A stretch of DNA of 64,000 bases from Lama guanicoe (Eukaryota): contig MU053472.1 of assembly GCA_013239625.1 (NCBI GenBank), positions 1,753,236 through 1,817,235 on the forward strand. Reading direction: 5' to 3'. The position numbers were made by a program, and so were the translations under genes. Below are positions 42,250-56,105 of this stretch, in pieces. Each line of letters starts with the position of its first letter. Position 1 is the first letter of the stretch. The notes beneath the pieces were generated by a model. That model was not told the DNA's origin, did not search any database, and saw only the letters and a program-made list of their open reading frames with translations.

Positions 42250-42750
42250 CATTTTTTTTTTAATTTTAGTTTTCCATCGAGTTAATTAACATATCCATCA
42301 GCTGACATACTTTTTATATATGTGTGTTGTGATTTTTTTCTTTTGGTGAGAACATTTAATTTCTACTCTTTTAGCAAATTTTAATTGTACAATAAAGTGT
42401 TCTCACCCATAGTTACCATGTTATACATTGGATCTCACACTTTTTATTTTATTTTTATTGATACATAATTTACATAATGTAAAATTCACTATACAGTTAA
42501 GTGGTTTTAGTGTATTCACTACGTTAGGCAACATCCCCTCTAATTCTAGAACATTTCCATCACCTCTACCAGTTTGTTTTTATTTTTGTCTTATTTTCTA
42601 TTATGGAAAAATTTCAAACATAGCTAAACACATGCAAGGTTAAAGTGAATAATAGAACAAACTGTGTCTTCAACACATCAATTCATGGCCAGTCTTCCTT
42701 CATCTATAGCCTCATCCACACCCCACCCAAAACTCTGGATGATTTGGAAA
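42250..42750 (-). mobile_element. Cluster of three short L1M 3'-end fragments
   Basis: gtgagaacatttaatttctactcttttagcaaatttt (L1MA-like); ttgatacataatttacataatgtaaaattcac (L1MB-like); tattatggaaaaatttcaaacata (L1MC/ME-like). Confidence 0.7.
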
Positions 42751-43589
42751 CTCTAATACTATAAATTGAATTAATAAATTTATTAGCCTAGCTAAGTTGT
42801 TTAGACTGGGAGGGAGCTTTACAGTGCACGAACTTGACCACATCTAACAGGTTAGCTTCTTGTTTCTCTTAAGACCCAGAAAATTGTTCCTCTTTTCTCA
42901 TTGGCCTAAATCTGCTTAGGCCTGCCCATCCCAGAGCTAATTAATCTCCACCGTGATGGGAGATGATGGGATTACCATGGCTGGAGTAGGAAAACCCGGC
43001 AGAACCAATGTTGGGTGGTAGACCACATCTCCCGCCATTGCAGTGATCATTATCTGTATAGCAGTGTCTCCAACTTCCGGTTCTGGAGCATATGCATCAT
43101 TTTTCACCTCCCTCCCATTTCTTTCTTTGACACAATGTATACACATACTTGTACTGCACTTTCGATAACTGCTCTTTTCCTGTGGTCCATACTTGGCCTG
43201 TCAGGCTTCTGTGATCTATCCTATGGTGGTTACCAACTTCTTATCTTCCAACAATATCCACTAGGAGCTCAAGGCTTTAGCCAAATTGTGCTCCTCAAGA
43301 CGCCCTGCATTTCTCATGCTTGGTTACAAATCTAAGGGTTCTCTTGTTCCAGTTCTGTGTTTAAAGGGCACTTCTTGCTCTTTGGGATCTTTTATATATC
43401 CTGTTATTGTATACACGTCTAGTTTCTGCTACAGCTCCACAGGATCTTCTTGATTTGCTGTGTACCGTGCATTCATCCCCCCATTTCCTCATTCTGATCT
43501 TCTATTACCTATTTCGTTCATTTTCACATGTCAGTTTTCTTTTGCATCAGTTCAGAATGTCCATACCATATATCTCCACATAGAGCTTG

Positions 43590-43675
43590 TATTTTGTGTT
43601 TTGTTTCTGCTTCTTCCTAGAGTAACTGACACATGATTAATATTCAGCAAATACTTACTGAATGAATGAATGACA
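43590..43675 (+). mobile_element. L2 LINE 3' end
   Basis: cctagagtaactgacacatg ... attcagcaaatacttactgaatgaatgaatg. Confidence 0.65.
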
Positions 43676-44457
43676 AAAATGCATGCTTATATTATAACAA
43701 ATCCTTATCCCTCCAAGTTGCCTGAGTCTCTCAGATCTTTTAGCCATACAGGTATTTTTATGTGGTTAGTATTAATCTAATACAGCTGGAGATATATATA
43801 CTCTGGGCATTTATAGGTTTACCATTCTCAAGCAACTTGAAATTGTATGTAGTGAATTGCAGTTTTGCTGAGACTATAATTGATTCTTACATGCTAATTG
43901 GGAACTTTTTTGCAGGGAACTCATTTGGACAGCAGTGATCCTAGCTAAATCCCTGGCAGCCGAATCCCAGCACCGTTTTGTTATCCTGTTCTTATTTTCA
44001 CATATAAAGTTAACTTTCATTAAGTACTTTTAAGGGAGTGACTCAAAATTTTGTATCTAGTATTGCTGTCTTTTAGGGAAAGCATTACTGGATATGATTC
44101 TTTCATGAAGTTAAAGATTGTCAAAACTCTGCATATCTGTCCCCTGCAAATGCCAAAGGATTCAGTGTAAAGTGTTTTGTTTCCTCTCCCATTTCACTTA
44201 ATTTATCTCTTTAAGTTAATGTCAGGTTTTCAACCCCTTGCGTACAGTCCATTAAAAAACATACAAAGAAAAGAAGGAGCCCAGAGTGTAGAGAACATCG
44301 TGCTTTAGCCTCGTGCATGAATCAGGGACTGCAGCTCCCCCGTTTGCCTTGTTTTAGAATGAATGGTTCTTTAATGGATTGGGCAATTCCAGCATTCCTG
44401 ATTTAAGATCTGTTGTAGCAAGCGACAGTTTGGATGCCAGGAACATATGTGAATTAA

Positions 44458-44619
<162 letters not shown>

Positions 44620-47600
44620 TAAATTTCTTTTCTTGCACAGTGTAGAGAATGCTATTTTTTTCTTGCCTTCCTCTTTCTCTTTTCGGGGCTGTGGGGGGTT
44701 TTGTGTGTGTGGATGAGTACACACGTGTGTGTAAGACAACAATGTGTGCCTACATTTGCTGCTAAACAATGCCACGCATTTAAATACTGTTATGGTTGGT
44801 GAATGATGCGGTGGAGTTGGCACTTGATTAAATGTAATGAACACAGTATTGAAGGCTACAGGGTTGATGACTGTTTTGCCTTTGATCTCTCAAATGTGGA
44901 GAAGCAACCTTGACAGAGAACGTAAATACAATATATGGATTCAATTTACTCAACCTGTTGAGTATCAAAGTGCCTGATCTGTAGAAGCAGAGAGTCCAAA
45001 TGCTATAGCTTAAATGGTTTTATTATTGAAAGCATAAAGTTTAGAAATTCATTAACTTAACTCTAGTCTATCTATCACAGTTATTAACTTCCTATCCTTG
45101 GAACCAAGCCACGAATTTGTATCATTGGTACTGGGAAGTAGACCTTTGCCTTTGTAGGTGATAGTTGCTACATTAGTATTATAAAACTGTTTTCTGCCAG
45201 GTCTGCCAAATAATAGAACTGTCTGTAATGATACGTTGTCTCATCTCTAAATGCAGCGATAAAGAAAACAAGAAAATAAGTGATGCTTTATATGCGGTGC
45301 AGCTGTGGAGCATCTGAAGCTCGCGTACAGCAGGGTTTCATCAAAAAAAGTCTCTTACAAGTAGAATTATTAAACACTAGGCATTAGTCAAACAGTTGAG
45401 TCAGAGAGGATTTTAATCTATAGCAATTTCAAAATCCCTCCAGACTGCTGATTTGATTGAGGCTTAAACTGTGAAAGAAAATGGAAGCAAACACCAAACT
45501 GATTTGTGAAGGTCACTTTTAAAAGACCAAAGCTTCTGTTTCTGATTCTGTCTCTGGATGTATTTTGAAGTTTGAAGGCTAATGGGGTTTGTACGTTTTC
45601 TTGGCTTTCTGAACTCTTTGTCAGTAGATTGTACCTGTCCACATCCAGGGCTGCACTTTCATTTTTAACGTAAACTCTTGCTTTAGAGGACTCATACTTG
45701 TGCCTCCACTTTAGCTTGGCAACCAGGGTTGTCCCCTGGAAACAAGCACAGAAATGTGTGAAGTCTGCAGCCTTGCACTGAATGAGATACTGAGACAAGT
45801 GACTTAAACAATACATCTTTTTGATACTTTTAACCTGAGAATGCTAATAGATCCTACTCATCTGGAATTATCATTTACAACTGGGGAATCCTGGAAGTGA
45901 TGTATTTTAACCTGAAGCATTTTATTCAAGATCAATAGTAGGCTTTGTTGGGTTTTTTTTTAAACATTGTTAAACTGCGATATTATTAATGCTTTAGAGT
46001 CAAGCGACTAGCTACTGGTCAGGTGAAATGCATGTCATTAAATCAGTTACCACATGTTTTATTAAATTTGCCATATTCCATGCAGTCGTCTGAGCTAATA
46101 TCCATGTTTATCATTAGCACTATTTAGTCTTAGCTCTTTGTAAAGTTATCTCAAGCCACAGAGAGGAACTTCAGTGAAATAGTGCAACCATAATGTTGTT
46201 TAACTCTGTTGCCAGAAGAGTTTTCAGCTGATGTTTGAGTAAGGAATTAGATCTTTGCCTTTGATTTACTTCTGTTTCCATCAGAGACTCATTGTAGGAG
46301 TTTCTAGGATGTGATTCCACAACTTCGAGCCTCGGCCTGACAGTACCTAACTTTTGAGTGGAGAAGGGCTTCTTGGTGACTAAGCTCTATAATTTTTCTA
46401 GACCTGTTTTCATTCCAGACAGCCACAGTTCCTTGCCAAAAGACAGCCAGGGCGGGGAGATGTGTGTGCTGATTTCTCTGATCTCAAGAACCCCCCTCGA
46501 TGAGGAGTTAGACGTCTATGAATTGGTCTCTACCTCTCAGATCATCTGGACCCCTTTTGTTGAATACATTTTTAAACTGGGTGAATAATGCTTTGTTGGG
46601 GAACCTTCATCTACTTTCTCTAATAGGATCTCTGTTGTCATGGACTTCTGTTGATTTAACAAGGTAGAGGTTCAATGGCTTGAGTTCTTGATGAAAGGAA
46701 GTTTATGGGAAAATTCTGCTTTAGGTTCTTCTATTAAAAACAGCCTAATGAATTTTTATGATCTCTCCTGAACCGGGAAGTGCGTCTCTGATTATGACCC
46801 ATGCATTCGAGTCAGCTGCATGTTACGAAGATGCTAATCTGGAATTCTGATTGCCTTTGCTTAGAGGGATATGACCAGGGTGGCGCCTCCTCTTACCAGG
46901 GTTCATTGCTTTGTCTTACCTTCAAGTAGTTTAGACCATGAACATGCTGGCTTTTTAATCATTCCTATGGCATATTTTATAGCTCTCCCTCTGTTTCAGT
47001 GACACCTCTTACTCTGTCTAAACTAGTGGTGTTAAAGTTATTTTTCATATAATTACTTTTCAAAGGCAAAGAATTTGAACATTTTAATGTGATAAGAATT
47101 AAATCTTTTGATGGCTGTGGCAATTTTCAGAGTGAAATTATTATTGAAGCCTTGGGTCTGCGTGTGTGTTTAGATCCCTGTATATGAATCTGGCAGCATG
47201 AGTCTGTTGAAACTGTAAGAGGCCAGCAGAGCACTGTGCCACTCCTGCTAGGAAATTTGTTTTTCCTCACAGTTTCTTGATCATCTAGTATATCTGTGCT
47301 TCACTCCTTTGTATAGAACCTTGTTTCCTAAAATACATGTTTTTCACTTATTAACTCTGATGATTTTAGGCACAGTGTAGATTCTGTGCCTTTAGATAAC
47401 ATATGAACCAGGTTCTTGCTATCTCTAAATAAATATGTATGTTTTAGACTCAGCAGATACATAGCTGCTTCATAAGCAGGTTAATCCCGTAACATGTTTC
47501 ATCTGGTCTTCGGTGATTCAGAAGACACTATCCTACCTAAGATTTTGAGTGTAGATAATTGTAAGACCTTCTCTTCTTGACTAAGGAGAAGACCATTCTG

Positions 47601-48389
47601 GAAATGGACTTTATAGGATTTACCTTTATGACCAGGCTACTCAGAACAAATGGAATTTGAGGGAACGCCTCCATTTCTCCTGTACCCAGCTGATGAACAG
47701 CAGTGTCTGAATCACACGCAGTATTTCTAGACAAAAAGCACTGCATGGATTACTTACCTTTTCTTCTTTCTCTCTCTCTACATCCCTTTCGATTGGGTAT
47801 CAATAATTTCTCTCTGCTATTTGTCTTCTATAACATGTGTCCTTCTTTTGACAAAGGCGTATGACCTGAAGAGAAAATAGAAATATAATTGTCAGTGTCC
47901 TGTTCAAACTTCTGTTTCCCACATTGGTGACTGAAGTTCTTATTCCGAGACTTGCAGGCTGTACTTGCTGGATAACTTAATAACAACTCTGATTGCTTTT
48001 GAGTCATACACACAGAGAGCCTAGAAAGATCTGGTTCCTCCTAAGTTTGTTTGTCCTAGTTTGTACTTTTACCAGGGAAACTGATGTTTACCAAGGAAGA
48101 ACTCAAGGCAGCTAAGATTTAAAGACAAACTTCTGCCTGGCTTGTGTGGAGAGCAGACATCTTTGTCAGACTCTACTGAAGTAAAACTTTTATACAGAAG
48201 ATATTATTAGAAGTGGTGACAGAAGCATTTAAGTCATTCCTGAGGAAGATGACAGTAGGAGAAGGAATATTGTGACAGATAAGTAAAAATCCTTTAGAGC
48301 AGACTATGATCCACGTGGTAATAGTGCTTATTCAAACATTTCGATAAATGATGACAAAGCTGCAGACGTAGTATTTGTTGTTATTCTTT

Positions 48390-48531
48390 CCTTTTAAAAA
48401 ATTTATTTTTAATTAATTTTTATTTTTAATTAAAAAAAAATTCCCCCTTAACGGAGGCACTGGGGATTGAACCCAGGACTTCATGTATGCCAAGCACGTG
48501 CTCTGCCACTGAGCTCTATTCCCTACCCCCC
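48390..48531 (-). mobile_element. Vic-1-type SINE with 10-bp TSD
   Basis: ggaggcactggggattgaacccaggac ... ccactgagct. TSD gttattcttt at 48380-48389 and 48532-48541. Confidence 0.9.
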
Positions 48532-50724
48532 GTTATTCTTTGACTCAAGAGTCGTCTAAATGATTTCTAGGAATTAATTAATTCAGGCTTTCAGCACCTA
48601 CTTCTTCTGAATACAAAATAATTTATTTGCTTGACGTAAATCCACACTGGTTTGATTTGATTGATTTTATAATGATCATTTGTGCCTGCTTCGTGTATTT
48701 GGCATTTGGTGCAGTAGACTTTTAAAAAAAAAACAAATAATATTATTAGCAAAGCGCGACTGGGTAGGCAACAGGGATATTATTCGAGCAGTCATATCTC
48801 TGTCGGAGGGTCATTCTTATCGAGGCATGCTTTTTTCTTGCAGAGATTTTTCTGATGCGCTGGGGGAAGCGTGTTCCTAAGGATTATGTTGCACTGTGTC
48901 CACAGTTGCCATTCCAGGCAGACAGACTTAGTCACTGTATCTTAAAGCCGTCAGAGGCACAAGAGATACTGGTGGTAAGAGGCAAAGAGATTTGTAAGAA
49001 ACACCATTTGGTCTGCCATGGTTAGGCCACTTAGCTCCATGGTTTAAAACCTGGAACTGAGTGTCGGAAGCCATGACGTTGTAATCATGGTTTTGATCTT
49101 TTACTGAAACCCTCAGCAAGTTATGTTTCCTTCTTATCCATTCTTCTCTGCATCAGTAAAAAGAATTTCAGTTACCCTGCAAAGGTCTGGTTCACCTTTT
49201 TCGGCAGGGATGTGTTCAAATTATTACCTAAAATAATTCCCAGATATAAAGTTCTTTTCAAATATTGAGATATTTCTTTGAATATATGATCTGGTTTTCA
49301 TTTAATAGAGTTCCAGCTATTCTTTGTGATTATAAGGTGACGAAAACTCTAGGCAGACTTGTACCTTGGGTATTCAAAGCCTATGTGGGATCAGTAAGAG
49401 GATTATGGATGAGGGTGAATTAAAAGAAGGCTTAGTCCTGACCTGTGAACAGTCCCTCAGAGGGGAAAAAGGAGGTCAGTAATTTTACTTTGACACTATT
49501 TATACTTGAAACAGTAAACATTCAAACTAAGATATTAAGATTGGCTTTTTAATTAGAAATGAGGAAGTTGGTACATTATTTCAGCTATCAGCTAATGAAT
49601 ATCTACTGTTTGTGCTGAATCAAAAATGAATTTTAGAGACAAGACTTGATTTGCCCATCAGATAAGTGCTCAGCCGCATCTCCCTCTTTTTGATTTAAAT
49701 GCTCCTCTCATTCTTCTTTCTAATATTTATAGGATGTTAGAAGATGAAATTCAAGTAAACAATGTGGAAAATTTTAGCTCAGCACAATTAAGAAAAAAAT
49801 GATTGCCCCACTTGAAGATGAAGAAACTGTAAACAGAAGTAGAAGAAGCTGTTGGGAAAGTTTCTTTCTGATGACACATTGCTTCTTTGAATAAATCTTT
49901 GTGTCAACTAAAATCTCGCCTTTGCTTTCTCTGTTGCAAGCACAAAGTCCTTGACATGACTTTAAGTCTCTCCTAAGCATTTTCAAAAGGAGTTGATGGA
50001 ATTCTCCGTACTATTGATATACCAGGGTACCAAGTATTTACATGGGACTTTTGGGCCAAAAGACCCAACTTTCCTTTTTTGTACCTTTATTACTACATCT
50101 TTAATACAAGGCTGGACTGTTTATGTAGTCTGTTGCCTGAGACTGTGGTGGCAGAGGGACAATATTGGGGGCAGTATTAGAATTTGTTTAAGTCTGAACC
50201 GGGAATTCCATTTGTCTTAGTGACATTAGTGTCAAACTGTTAGTGCCACGCTATTTTAAATTGTGTCCAAGAGCCCAAGAGGCTTATGCTTATAGGTGCC
50301 ATCTATAAACTTAGAAACAAACAAAAGAGCCCCTCTCCATTGAATACGTAAGCCCAGCGAGCAATTAAAAAGCAGCCTGGGACCTCACCCGGGCAACTAG
50401 TCGGAACCCGAGCTCGTGATATTCCCCTGGATATTGTTGAAAACTGTCAGCGAAAAACTAAAGCAAATAATCAACGTGAAAATAATTGTTCCCGGGAAAA
50501 GTTTTGTTTTGGAAGCTTGGTGCAGTGGAAAGAATAGTGCCTAGTCACTGACAGACCTTTAGTTCTTGTCTCAGCTCTGCTTGCAACTGCCTCTTTAAGA
50601 AATTGCTTCAAAACCCAAGGCTTTCTTCTATAAAAAGAGGGAATTGAAGTTGGTCATTTGCAAAAAAGTCCCTTCCAGGTTGAAAAATTGATAAATCTGT
50701 ATTTCGGATCGCCTTTGAAGAAGT

Positions 50725-52030
50725 TTTTAAAATTAGGGTATAATTTACATATAGCAAAAATGCACACATCTTAATCATACAGCTTGCTCAGTTTTTATAC
50801 CCACGCAGTCACCACTCAGATCAAAATTGGAATGTTTCCATTATTCCAAAAAGTTCTGTTAGTCTCTCCCATTCAAGACTACCTTTGACCTAGAGATTAC
50901 CACTATGACTTTGATCATCAGCAGTTAGCTTTGTCTGTATTGAACTTCATGTAAATGAGATCATTCTGTACATACTCTTTTGTGTCTGGCTGCTTTCACT
51001 CAACTTAATGTTTTTGAGATTCATCCAGGTATTATGTGTGTCACCAGCTCATTTTGTTACATTGCAGTGTAGTATGAATATAACACAGTTTACATATCCA
51101 TTACCCTGATGTTTTTAGCTTTTGGCATATTATTAATAAAGCTGCTATAAACTTTGCTGTATAAGTCTTTTTTTTTTTGAACATATGCATTCATACTTTT
51201 GGTTGTACACCTACGACTGGAAGTACAGGCTCACAGGGGAGGCATGTGTTTAGCTGTATTAGGAGATGCCAAGAAAGTACTCCAAAATGACTCTACCATT
51301 TTTCATTCTGAACAGCAATGTATGAGCCATTCTAGTGAATGTAAACTGTGGTTTTAATTTGCTTTTCTCTGATGAATACTGATATTGTGCACCTTGAATA
51401 TACTTACTGGCCATTTTGGATATCTTCTTTTGCGATGTACTTATGAAATCTTGCACCAATTTTTTATTGGGTCTGTCATCTTTAATGAATTTGAGGGGTT
51501 CTTTAACCATTCTGCTTATGGGTCTTCCGTCAGATGTTTTGCAAATACGATCTTTCAGCTTATTGCCTTTTCACGTTCTTACTGGTATTTTTTTTGACAA
51601 GCAGAAATCCAATTTTTCCGCTGTTTTTCTTTTTATATTTTAATGTTTATGTTTTTGATGCTTTTCTCTAGTAATTGTCTGGTTTTGGCCTTTGCATTTA
51701 GGTCTGTGATCCTTTTCAAATTTTATGATCCTTTTAAAATTACTTTTTATTATGATATGAGGCAAGGATCAAGGTTCAGTTTCTCCCATATAGATATTTA
51801 GTTGTTCAGTCCTGTTCGTCAAAAACGATATGCCTCTCCCCCAGTGAATTTTACTGATGCCTTTTAGAAAAGAATATTTTTTCTGGATTCTTTATTTTTT
51901 TTCCTCTCTGTATCTATCTACCTGTCTTTATACTACTATCATACTATCTTAATTATAGCTTTTTAGTAAGTTTTGAAATGGAACAGATTAATGTCTCTAC
52001 ATTTTTTTTCATGTAGATCATGGCTGTTCT
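50725..52030 (-). mobile_element. Old L1M 3' UTR and ORF2 remnant, resuming at about 56320-56880
   Basis: ttgaacttcatgtaaatgagatcat ... tttgtgtctggctgctttcactcaac ... gtggttttaatttgcttttctctgat; later gatcaagttgggaagaattgacatcttt ... catgtcatctgcaaataaag. Confidence 0.85.
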
Positions 52031-52681
52031 AGACTTTCAAGGGGTCACTGAGTGAAAACTGTTTTTGTAAATATGAAGTGATTATTTGCCTTTATGTTTT
52101 ACACTCTGTGTCCATTTAGTACAGATTGTGCTGAAGCAATGGTAGATAAAACTGATGGCATCTTAGCATACTAAAAGCAGTGGCACCACACTCTGCTTGT
52201 AGCCAGTGCTACCCACTCACAGGTTTAAAACAAAGATCTATACTTACTTAAGGGTGCCTTTGATATAATAAGCATTATTAATTTGACTAAATTTTAAAAC
52301 ATAATAAATTTTATGAAATTTTCATTCTTATGTACTTCTTTTCAACTTTCTGGGTATCAGCGTCACATTGATGCATGGTAGTTGTCTTGAGGAAATGCAC
52401 TTGTGTGGTTGTTATGAACTGACCTAGCGACAGTTTTCATGGAATGCCAATTTACTTAAAAGAACAAGTGACAAACTATATTTATTTAGACATTGGTATT
52501 TGGCAGAAATTTTCTCAAAAATAAACAAAATAAGCCTGTCATTTCAAAGAAAACAACTGACAGTCTATTTATTACCAATGATAAAATTCTAGTCTTCAGA
52601 TGAAAATTGGAAATCTGGAAACCATGTATCCACATAAACACCAGCCTGCTTCACAGGTTCCTAACACTTAAAGACATTTCT

Positions 52682-53348
52682 TTTCTTTTCTTTTTAATAC
52701 GTATTTTTATTGAAGTATAGTCAGTTTATAATGTTTTATCAATTTCTGGTGTACAGCACAATGCTTCAGTCATACATGAACATATATATATTCATTTTCA
52801 TATTCTTTTTCACCATAAGTTGCTATAAGATATTGAATATAGTTCCCTGTGCTATACAATATGAACTTGTTTATCTATTTTATATATATATTAGTATCTG
52901 CAAATCTTGAACTCTCAGTTTATTCCTTTTCACTCCCTATCCATCTGGTAACCACAAGTTTGTTTTTCTATCCCTGTGAATCTTCGTGTTTTATAAATAA
53001 ATTTGTCTTTTTTTTTTTGAGATTCCACATATAAGTGATATCATATGGTATTTTTCTTTCTCTTTCTGGCTTACTTCACTTAGAATGACAATCTCCAGGT
53101 CCATCCATGTTGCTGCAAATGGCATTGTTTTCTTTTTTATGGCTGAGTAGTATTCCATTGTATAAATACACCACAGCTTCTTTATCCAGTCATGTGTTGA
53201 TGGACATTTAGGTTATTTCCATGTCTTGGCTATTATAAATAGTGCTGCTGTGAACACTGGGGTGCATGTATCTTTTTGAATTAATGTTCCCTCTGGACAT
53301 ATGTCCAGGAGTGGGATTGCTGGATCATATGGTAAGTCTGTTTTTAGT
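52682..53348 (-). mobile_element. 5'-truncated lineage-specific L1 with perfect 16-bp TSD
   Basis: TSD acttaaagacatttct at 52666-52681 and 53349-53364. The body is homologous to 27490-28150. Confidence 0.95.
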
Positions 53349-53864
53349 ACTTAAAGACATTTCTGATGAGATAGATGGTGATATTAACTAGTGTGATATT
53401 TTATATCATATAATAAAATAAATCAGCATTTGGAAGATCTGTAATATTTTGCAAATGACCAATCTTAAGGATTACAAAATTATATATGGGTAATGGACTT
53501 ATTCCAAGTGCAAGATAGGACAAGGGATTTTTAAATGACAGAGTACAAACATTAATTGAGATAGCTTCACATATCATTGTAACTAATTTGTTAAGTATAA
53601 TATCAAAGATGAATATCCCCTGTATCTGAAAAGTCTCAGAATCTGAATATGCTCCATCCTTTTCCAGTTACATTTCTGAGTGAGGCCAACTTGTCTTCAC
53701 ATACTTCAACCAAAACAATGTATCACAACAGATTGAATACAGAAGACAATATGAGAATCTATTTGTTGTCTGTTATAAATATTTCTCCCCCAAAAAGTAA
53801 AAATGTCTCTCTTCTCATTATTATTATTTAGTTTGGAAATTTTTTTTAAATAAAAATATCATTT

Positions 53865-55522
53865 GAAGATTAGATGCCACAGAGATACAGAAAATCACAA
53901 GAGAATATTATGAAGACTTTTATGCCAACAAATTGGACAACCAAAAAGAAATGGACAAATTTCTAGAAATATACAACTTTATAAAACTGAATTGAGAAGA
54001 AATGTGCAATCTGAACAGACCGATCACTACTAGTGAAATTGAATTTGTATTAAAAAAACAAAAACAAAACCTCCTAGCAAACAGAAGTCTAAGACTGGAC
54101 AGCTTCCCAGGGAAGTTCTCCCAAACATACAAATAAGAGCTAACACCTATCCTTCTCAAACTGTTTTAAAAAACTGAAGAGGACGGAATACTCCCAAATT
54201 CATTCTGTGAGGCCACGATTATGCCCCATATCAAAATCACACAAAGACACTACAAAAAAAGTAAAATATTGACCAATATCTCTGATGAATATAGATGTAA
54301 AAATCCTCAACAAAATATTAGCAAATTAAATTCAATAATATATAAAAATGATCATACATCATGATCAAGTGAGCTTTATTCCAAGGATAAATGGATGGTT
54401 CAATATCTGCAAATCAATCCGTGCGCTACACCATATTAACATAAGGAAGGATAAAAATCATATGATCATCTCAATAGCTTCAGAAAAAAATTTGACCAAA
54501 ATCAACATCCTTTCATGATAAAAGCTCTAATCAAAGTGGGTGTAGAAGGAACACATCTTAACATAATAAAAGCCATTTATGACAAACCAATAGCTAACAT
54601 ACTCAACTTTGAAAAGCTGAAAGCTTTTCCTCTAACATCTGGAACAAGTCAAGTATTCCTACTCTCACCACTTCTATTTAACATAGTATTGGAAGTCTGA
54701 TTCACAGCAATCAGGCAAGAAAAAGAAATAAAGGGCATCCAAATTGGAAGGGAAGGATTAACACTCAGAATTTGCAGATGACATGATGTTCTGTATAGAA
54801 AACTCTATAAAGTCTCCACCAAAAAACTATTAGAACTAATTAATTCAGTAAAGTTGCATGATACAAGAATAATATACAGAAATCTGTTGCTTGTCTATAC
54901 ACTAATAATGAACTACCAGAAAGAGAAATTAAGGAAATAATTTACGATTGCATTAAAAAGATTAAAATACCTAGGAATAAAACTTAACCAATGATGTGAC
55001 TGATAACAGGTTAATATTCAAAATATATACATGGCTCATGCAACTCAATATTTTTTAAAAAAACAATTAAAAAATGGGCAGAAGACCTGAAGAAGGCACA
55101 CAGATGGCCAACAGACACATGAAAAGATGCTCAGCATTGCTAATCATCAGAGAAATTCAAATCAAAACCACAGTGAGATATCACTTCACACCTGTCACAA
55201 TGGCTATCATCAAAAAGTGTGCAAATAACAAATGTTGGTGAGGATATGGGGAAAAGGGGACCCTAGTACACTATTGGTGGTGTTATAATTTGGTTCAGCC
55301 ATTATGGAAAACAATAAGGAGGTTCCTCAGAAAACTAAAACTAGAACTGCCATATGATCTCACAGTTCCACTCCTGCGTATGTAACTGAAGAAATGAAAA
55401 CACTAATTCAAAAAGATACATGAACCCCAATGTTCATAGAAGCAACCTAAGTGTTCATCAGCAGGTGAATGGATAAAGAAGATTTGGGGTGTGTATGTGT
55501 CTGTGTGTGTATATATATATAT

Positions 55523-55553
<31 letters not shown>

Positions 55554-56105
55554 GTACATATGTTTATATATATATACACACACACACACACATATATATA
55601 TAAAATGGAATATGACTCAGCATTAATAAAGAATGAAATTCTGCCATTTGCAACAACGTAGATGAACCTAGAGAGTATTATGCTTGGTGAAATAAATCAG
55701 AGAGAGAAAGCCAAATCACTTATATGTGGGATCTAAAAAATAAAACAAACAAATGTATATAACAAAACAGAAACAGATTCAGAGATAACAGATTAAACTA
55801 GTGGTCACCAGTGGGGAGAGGGAAAGTGGAAGGGGCAACACAGAGGTAGGTAGGGGCTTAAGAGGCACAAACTACTAAGTATAGAATAAATAAGCAACAG
55901 GTAAATATTGTACAACACAGGGGAATATAGCCATTTTTTGTAATAACTTTAAATGGAGTATAATCTACAAAAATATTGAATCACTGTGTTGTACATTTAA
56001 AACATATAATTCTGTAAATCAACAATACTTCAGTAAAAAAAAACTATGTAATAATACCATCAAAAAATGAATGTCAGTGTTTGTAATGGCTCAAGAAATA
56101 AAATT
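53865..56105 (+). mobile_element. Degenerate L1 (ORF2 reverse transcriptase region to 3' UTR), about 2.2 kb
   Basis: [39 protein letters not shown] and FADDM (54771-54785) motifs with stops and frameshifts. TSD aaaat(a/g)tcattt at 53853-53864 and 56106-56117. Confidence 0.93.
55489..55602. repeat. Compound (TG)n/(TA)n/(CA)n microsatellite inside the L1
   Basis: Direct reading of the sequence. Confidence 0.92.

Noticed and set aside
43916..44033. Good branch point and acceptor upstream of the 44475 exon
   Set aside because: There is no convincing donor, the frame closes at TAA, and there is no further evidence.
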